DNA from: Lama glama
Taxonomy: Eukaryota
NCBI GenBank assembly: GCA_028534125.1
Contig: CM052832.1
Location: 19,284,001-19,348,000 of the forward strand
Reading direction: 5' to 3'
Length of the DNA: 64,000 bases
A program made the position numbers and the translations under genes. Within the stretch, counting starts at the first letter, position 1, and each line of letters opens with the position of its first letter. Shown here in pieces: positions 56,900 to 64,000 of this stretch. A model generated the notes under the pieces. The model worked only from the letters and a program-made list of their open reading frames with translations, did not search any database and was not told the DNA's origin.

Positions 56900-58869
56900 A
56901 GGCCAAGGTGGTGGTACAGTAGAGAGACTCCCAGCTCACCCTCTCCCACAAATACACCAAGAATTACACCTTCAAACCCGCTGAATCACACAGAACACCT
57001 ACTGAACCTACTGAATGTCTCTCACTTAGAAATACAGGAGGATTCTCAGAAAATCCACTAAGAGGGAAAAAGAAAAAAATAGGAGCGGGACGGTCCTGCA
57101 GGGAGGGAGCAGCAAACGAAGAAAGGTGCCTTCATGCGGGGACGCCCCTCTCCAGCCAGCAGGGACGAGCCGGGACTGGCTGCTGGAGATCAGTGAGGAA
57201 CCCGGGCAGAGGGCTGGGGCCCACTGCACAGAGGCAGCCTCATATACTGGAGGGTGGTGTGAACTCTGGCCGAGTGTATGCGCGGAACAGAACAGCCTAG
57301 GACCCCCATAAAAAAGCACCACTGCTGGTGTGCGTGGTAGGAGAGGGGCACAACACAGCAGCACCAGAGCCGCTGTCTGCGCTTGGCTCCACTGTTGGTG
57401 TGTTCTCATGAGAAGAGCGGTGGGGCTGGTCATAGCCGTGACCTGCTGCTGCGCAGAGGAGGGGCTGAAAGCTGAATCCATACCCAGCGGCCCTGCAACT
57501 TCAGGGATTGGGATCTGTTTACAGCCCCTGGCAGAGAGGGCAGATTTGTTCTCTCTGGTCCCTTTGTGGACCCAGGCCTCCGGGACAGACAGGCAGTGAG
57601 CAGAGTTCTGGCGCACAGCAGGGGTGAGCATGGGTTCTTACAACAAGCCGATGTACCTCACCTCACGTGGAGGTGGGGCTGCAGTCTGCACTGACCCTGG
57701 GGCGCACCACGGATTCTGGTGTGTGACTGCACGCTCACTGCGGAGGGCCCTAGCGCCTGGTATGGGCAGATCTGCACTGGTGGTTCCTGGGGACCAGAAC
57801 CTTGGGGACACCAGAGTGGGTGGCTGATAATTCCCACAGCTAAGGTGGGGACGAAAGCAGCACCAACTAAGAGTACTTTCTAAGCCTGCGTAACACATGG
57901 CACCACAGAGGGACACCAGTGGACATCTCCTGTGGAGGTACACTCAGCGACTCTTCCTCCCAGCTGAAGCGCTCCGACCCTGCCGACCACAAACCACAGC
58001 TCAGAAATGGGTCTAGAAGCATCTATTCTGGCAACAGGGAGCAGACCTGGCCCTTGTCAAGGCTGTGACAACCACAGAACAAAAAAGGAAGCCCCACTCA
58101 CCAACAATAATCAGAGAAGGCTCGGATCAACCACAACACCAATCACACCCCCAATCAAAGGGATAACAGCCAACACTCACGGAAGATACGGCAACCATCC
58201 ATACTAAGCACAGCCACTGCAACAAAACTACTAGGCACATACAGTCTACACAGGAACGCTCCCACTTTAAATAAAAAGAAACAAAACGTAAAACAGCTCT
58301 TTAAGACCACAGTAGGTAACTGATACTCCTAAATCCATAATGCCAGAGAAATATAAGTAAAATGAAGCAGAGGTGAAAATTAATTTCCCAATTAAAAGAA
58401 CAAGAGAAATCCCCTTGAAAAACAAGGTAATCAACAAATCAAAAGCACACAACAGAGTCACAAAAACCAAAAAGAAACCAAGATAATACAAAAGAAAATT
58501 ATCACACCAGAAAAATACAATTTATCACTTATATGTGGAATCTAAAAAAAAAAAAAGACAAAACGAACTTATTTACAAAACAGAAACAGACTCACAGACA
58601 TAGAAAACAAACATAGTTACTAGGGGGCAAAGGGGGTGGAAAGGGATAAATTGGGAGTTTGAGATTTGCAGATACTAATATGTATAAAATAAAAAAGTTC
58701 ATACCGTATAGCACAGGGAACTATATTCATAATCTTATAGTAACTTATGGTGAAAATATAAAAACAAATGTATGTTCCTGTATGACTGAAGCATCATGCT
58801 GTAGACCAGAAACTGACAACACTGTAAACTGACTATTCTTCAATAAAAATATGTATTTAAAAAAAAAAA
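56900..58869 (+). mobile_element. Internally deleted L1: 5'UTR, ORF1 start remnant, spacer-like fragment, 3'UTR and poly(A)
   Basis: L1-type 5' end (ggaggccaaggtggtgg...cagctcaccctctcccacaaatacacc); GC-rich 5'UTR; decayed ORF1 start at ~58362 (...SQLKEQEKSP); 3'UTR from ~58508 matches the other L1 3' ends in the window; AATAAA 58842-58847 then A tail. Confidence 0.8.
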
Positions 58870-61497
58870 GAGAGAAGCCAGGAGAATTACAGTTGTGAGC
58901 ATGAGGAGGATACATGCAGGAAACAACAGGCACATACCTAGACAGCACCTGTGGGTCCCTCCTGGGACTGTCTCGTCTTCCCTAAAGAGGTTTTACTAGC
59001 TGCACCGTTCCCTATGGCACAGCAAGAAGTACACAAACATTGGTTTCTGGTTAACAATTATGGGTGGCTCAACCTCTCTGAAGAATCATTTTTAGTCAAA
59101 AGAAAGTTTATTTTTAGGGGACCAGAAATTAGTTGTATTTACTTAGAAGTTGACAGGTCTGAGTGTAGAACAAGCTGATGACACTGCCTTTTAGTAAAGG
59201 CATGCTCTCAGTACCAATCTTTTCACTAGAAAAGGTTAAAACGTATAAAGTTAAAATCAAATTTTCATATAGGATATTTAACTATACTAACCTAATATTC
59301 AAAAATTACATAGATTATATAAATTGTACTCCTACTGCACATATGGCAAGTATATAAAAACCTGGCATACACACACACAAAAATCTAATACCTGGCAGTC
59401 TAATGTATTATCCCAATACCTGGATTAAATTTTCATTCCACTAACTGTACTCCTAAGCATTGATTCTGAAATACTTAATAAAAACAAGTATCGCATAGGG
59501 TTTTAACCTCTCATCACAAATCTGAACCTATACAACAATTTAACTCAAAATTACCTTTATTTCAAGATACCAGAACACAGTTACATATTTGGAATTTTGG
59601 TCTATTACCTGTATATGCAACAACTTTCTCCAAGCCTTCAAGATTGGAATTGTTTATGCCTCTGTATCTCATACATAAAGAGCTTTGATGTGAGTTTGGG
59701 GATAAACAGGTGTCTGAATTTCCTATTCCTTGCTTCATCTGTGTAGTTACTACAGTAATGAAAATAAATCGTGAATTTAAAGTGTGACTTTAATACTGCA
59801 ATTCCAAAACATAAAGCTATATATAACTCTTAGAATAACTTACCAAAATAAATGGGTTTTTAATATATTTAGTGGTTATTCATCAGTCTTTTATCAAGAA
59901 TAAAGCAAGTCTTAACACCATCTTAAAATGACATCTATTCTTGCCACATTTTCTCAGAGCCCTTCCAAAGACGATCTGTTAAGAATATCAATCCTTCTAC
60001 TTGTCCACGTTAAACAGGATACAAATGCCTGTTCACTCACGTAACAGAGTATTTGGTATTCTTCTCACCTTACTTACAAATAGCTAATGTACTCAGTGCC
60101 TATTTTAATTCAAAATTTAAAATGAACTTCACTTTTGGCATAGGCTATTACTGAGGGTTCTTTAATGTAAAAAGCATCCTGCTATCACCAAAGCAGAGCT
60201 AGCTGACATACGGAAATCACAATTGATTTAACCACCTGCAAGAGGTTTATAAACCATCAGTAACTTCCCATTATCAGACTTATGAGGTAGTTGCATTTAT
60301 TCTCCCTTTTACTAATGAGACATGACTCATCAAAAAAAATTATTTAACCCAAGCCCACAAACTTAAGTAACACCGGAAAAGAAAAAAAGACCAAAATTCT
60401 ATCCTATGTCTGATCTTAGTCAAACCAAATTTTGCCCTCTGGACTTCCAATTATTCATGTCACAGTTAAGGAGTATTACCTATTTCACAGTAGTAACAGA
60501 AGATCAAAGACAGCAGCAGAGTGCTCTGAGGTGTGCCAAGGAGGAGGGCCCCGTGAAATCTAAGTGTTGCTGAAGATACCTGATCTTGAAAATCATCAAA
60601 CAGATAGATGTACGACGCTAGAGAGTGCTGCACATTCACATCCCAACAGCCATGGCACAGGTGTGCTACTGACTCCGAGGAGGTGCCACACGGCCCCTCA
60701 CTGCTCCAAGACCAGCCTGGCCTGTTTCATGCCATTTTGATGTCCTCTCATAACCACACATGGGAGTGGACTCAACTGCTTGGAATTTCACTTGTTTTCT
60801 TTCAAATCAGCTAGTGGAAGAGCATTTTTATTCCCAGCACCAAACCACTTGGTAAATGGACCCCTAAACTTCCTCATATGACCTATTAGGGTATCAGGTA
60901 TCCCCCCACATCGTCAGGGTATGTGTATTAATTTTATTACTACATTTGTAGTGCGAGAGCTGCTCTGGACATGCTAGAATCTTCTACACATACTATTTTT
61001 GGAGGTAAACGTAACTGTAATGCTCTACGGCATAACTGTACTTAACCTCCAGAAAATATAAAAAAGTTAGAAGATGTTAAGTAGGATAGGACCTTTGAGA
61101 CGTACAAATAGAAGACATTTGTTTTAAACCCAAATCTGATTGTGAAAACAAAAAGGTATCATAATTTTAAAGTTTATCTACACTCTTATCTGAGGAAGCT
61201 GATCTGTCAACCTCTGAGGTCTAGACATTTAGATTAATGAGGCTACATACATTTTCCCTTTTGGGGTGACACACCTCTCCCCTATCCTATTTTAGGATAG
61301 TTTTTCTATCCTAAAAACTGGGGAATGACCAAAACAGCTATAAAACAGTAACAGAATGGAAATACTTTCTTTCAACTCTACTTCCAAAGGCTTTAATTAT
61401 AGCCAAGCAAAGAAAAACAGTCTCATGGGCTGAGGAAGTGAAATCTTGATTAACTGGAATCTATATAAAGCTGATACTAAATTTTCATTTCCTTCTT

Positions 61498-61503
61498 TTT
61501 ATT
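61498..61503 (-). terminator. Candidate MRS2 polyadenylation signal (a further one at 59556-59561)
   Basis: AATAAA on the - strand ~560 nt past the MRS2 stop; usage unverified. Confidence 0.4.
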
Positions 61504-62060
61504 CATGTTAAGAGGGCAAATAAGGTTGTGTCAAAAACTGACCTAAGCACAAACTCCCAGTTTCAGGTTCATACATATCTTCTTGCCAGCTTTAGTCACC
61601 TGAGAGTCAAGAAATTCACAAGACCGTGAGTCCCTGTGCTAAGAACTACAGCTGCCTGACTGTGTAACCGTGGGCTTGTCAAGTTTCCAGGCTTTGCTCG
61701 GCACGAGGTTGCACTTTGGTTGATACATATAAGTTAAATAAAATCAATACCACAATCTATTCCTGTGTTAAGTTAATCTCTGCGTACCTCGTATGTCTAT
61801 AAAAGCAGCTTTTTAAGTTTGTAAGAAATAGAATTTTGGCCTTTTTACAAAACAAGCACTTTGCTTTTTTACTCAGAATTCTAAAAATACAGTTAAATTA
61901 GAGTATTGTGACTACTCTAACATTTTTATCATCAGGCATTGTAATTTAAATGTCAGTGATTTTCCCCCAAGTCTCTTTGACTCTATAAAAGAAAATAATG
62001 AAGTATCAGAAGTTTCCTGTGACTACCATAAAAAATAATCCAGTTTCCACCAGGCTGCTC

Positions 62061-62171
62061 CTAACGGTTTGTTAGGACACTCCTGCTTGATCCAAGTCCA
62101 TCTGGCTTGAAGCTGTGTTTCATTTCCAGCCTTCTATCTGCCTGCAGGGTCTTCTTAGGTAAAGAGGCCAT
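62061..62171 (-). CDS. MRS2: MRS2 (mitochondrial Mg2+ transporter) last coding exon
   Basis: Minus strand ...ttttcttgctttatttag|MASLPKKTLQADRRLEMKHSFKPDGLGSSRSVLTNR* matches the recalled human MRS2 C-terminus (MASLPKKTLLADRSMELKNSLRLDGLGSGRSILTNR); consistent with known synteny. Confidence 0.92.
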   Translation of the reverse strand: MASLPKKTLQADRRLEMKHSFKPDGLGSSRSVLTNR

Positions 62172-62484
62172 CTAAATAAAGCAAGAAAATTCATAATTTT
62201 AGTTGTGTCTGTTTAAAAGAAAAGTCACCAGTAAAATGATATGTTAACTACTAAACAAGGGAAGGACTGCAAGCCATACGTATGTGTCATGAGTACTTGC
62301 TGCAAGGGTGCAAACTACAAGTAGAAAAGTAAGAAAAAGGTAAACTCTGTATCTTTTCCTAATGAGAACACTTTAAACGTTTTCTATACTGCAATTCTGG
62401 CTATGACAAAACCTGTAGTAGAATCACTAACACTGGTCTAAATATACAATGCCTGTCACAGTGTTCCACATACTATAAATTTAT

Positions 62485-62710
62485 TATTTCTTGTGCCAGG
62501 CACTGTGCTAATAAGTGCTTTACACATATTACCTAATTCTCCCCTTAATAATATGAAGCAGATGACACTGACTTAACTGACAGATGGGGAAATTGAGAGA
62601 GGCTTAAAGAAGCTAAGTAACTTGCTCAGGGTCTCAAAGCCCGTGACAACTTAAGCCCAGGCCGTGTGACTTCAGAGTCTGTGGCTGTAACCCCTCTGCT
62701 TACTGCTATG
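62485..62710 (-). mobile_element. MIR
   Basis: tgtgccaggcactgtgctaa...acagatggggaaattgag...aagtaacttgctcagggtc. Confidence 0.7.
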
Positions 62711-64000
62711 AACCAGACCCTTCATACCACAGGGGGCAAAGGCGTTTCCAGCTGCCGCCCCAAGAATGACAGCAAACGCCTCCAGATCAGGCCACTTCCC
62801 ATAAACATAATTCCTGTGATCAGCCAAAACACTCTATGGTCCTAAAAGAGAACACACAGTTAATTATTATTAGTATTTATTAGTTAATTATTATAAGTAT
62901 TCTTTGATCATCTATGAACCAACATAACTGCTTTTACTTTGTGTTTCCCTCTGGTCTTTGTTTACAAGCATACAAATTTTAACAGTCATAATCACATTTG
63001 ACATACAACTTAAATGTTTTACTTATGGCCACAGTTGCTATACTGTGACCTGAGATGTCCTTGCATCACAGCACCCCAGGATACTTCAAATTTTCAAGAA
63101 TAACACAGTGTCATCTGTGGAATACCATGAGAAGTGCTACTCTTAAGCTGTTCAGACCTAACTTCTTCATAAAAGGAACTGTTAGGTAACATGACAGAAA
63201 CTGTAACATAATAAAAGAAACTTCTGGTCCAGGGATGCTGTGAAAAAATTACTAAGAAACTAAAAACATCATGAACCAAGAAAAGTTTGGGAACCTCTAA
63301 CTTATAGTGAACATTTTCCCTCGCTGTCATTTTCAAAATTTTATTACTTTTTTTGCAGTGTAATGCTTTTGGTTCATGTGTTAATGCACGGAATCACAGA
63401 GTTTATGTTTAATTTCCCCCGGGGAAGGAGTCTCATTTCCAGCTATGCCATTAGTTGTTATCAACCACGGCTTCGTCTCCAGTGATTGGGAGCTCACTTT
63501 CCCCTAAGACAGTCGTTGCACAAATGATCAGTAATCACTGATGGAAATTCATGCCACATATGGAGCAGAAATCTGCCTCCTTTTAACATGAAGTCAGATG
63601 TTAGACACAAGCCATCAGGAAGACTGCTGTGAGTTAACTGTGGATGAACACATTTCCAGTTATTCCAGAAAAGGGCCCTAATTTATTAAGTAAAACTTAT
63701 GCTTAAATGAGATTTAGCATACCCAGATTATTGTTTGTTCTTTGTTATAGACTGGTTTTGCTCTATAAATGAGAAGTCTGGGAATGCCAAAATGTGATAA
63801 ACTTGAGGAAAGCAAGTTCAAAGTTCTGTGTCAATAAAACATACACACAGCACAGTGTGAGACCTCCAGGAGATTAATGGAAGGGACAAGTGTCTGAGGG
63901 TTGGAGATTTAACACTTCCTCCGCTTTGGGCATGCCCTGCAGTACTCCGTATGTTTAAATATCTACCTTTCAAACTCTCCATTTCCTCCACTGTTTAGTC

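Noticed and set aside
1..64000. CRISPR arrays, operons or another novel multi-gene system
   Set aside because: The sequence is a spliced mammalian locus with no repeat-spacer array. All coding signal I could find is explained by ALDH5A1, GPLD1, MRS2 and L1 remnants.

Overview
Mammalian genomic DNA, most likely a camelid (inferred from six copies of a short tRNA-derived SINE resembling the camelid vic-1 family). It covers the conserved ALDH5A1 - GPLD1 - MRS2 neighbourhood. The complete GPLD1 gene (GPI-specific phospholipase D1) lies on the + strand: 25 coding exons, 11415-55799, all introns GT-AG, 2529 nt CDS = 842 aa, intact. The first 22 bases are the start of ALDH5A1 exon 2 on the - strand. 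ALDH5A1 exon 1 is not visible and very probably lies in the 500-N gap at 6938-7437. The last coding exon of MRS2 is at 62061-62171 on the - strand, tail-to-tail with GPLD1. The rest is intron or intergenic DNA rich in L1, L2, MIR, MaLR/ERV LTRs, DNA transposons and SINEs. I found no convincing novel multi-gene system. The most unusual items are: a ~2 kb L1 derivative lacking both ORFs; an unidentified poly(A)-tailed retrocopy inside an MLT1 LTR; two SINE insertions whose target-site duplications copy splice signals; an in-frame AUA in a Kozak-like context upstream of the GPLD1 ATG; and small GPLD1 protein differences. Gene and repeat names and all human comparisons come from my recall of known sequences, not from database searches. 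Repeat boundaries are approximate.
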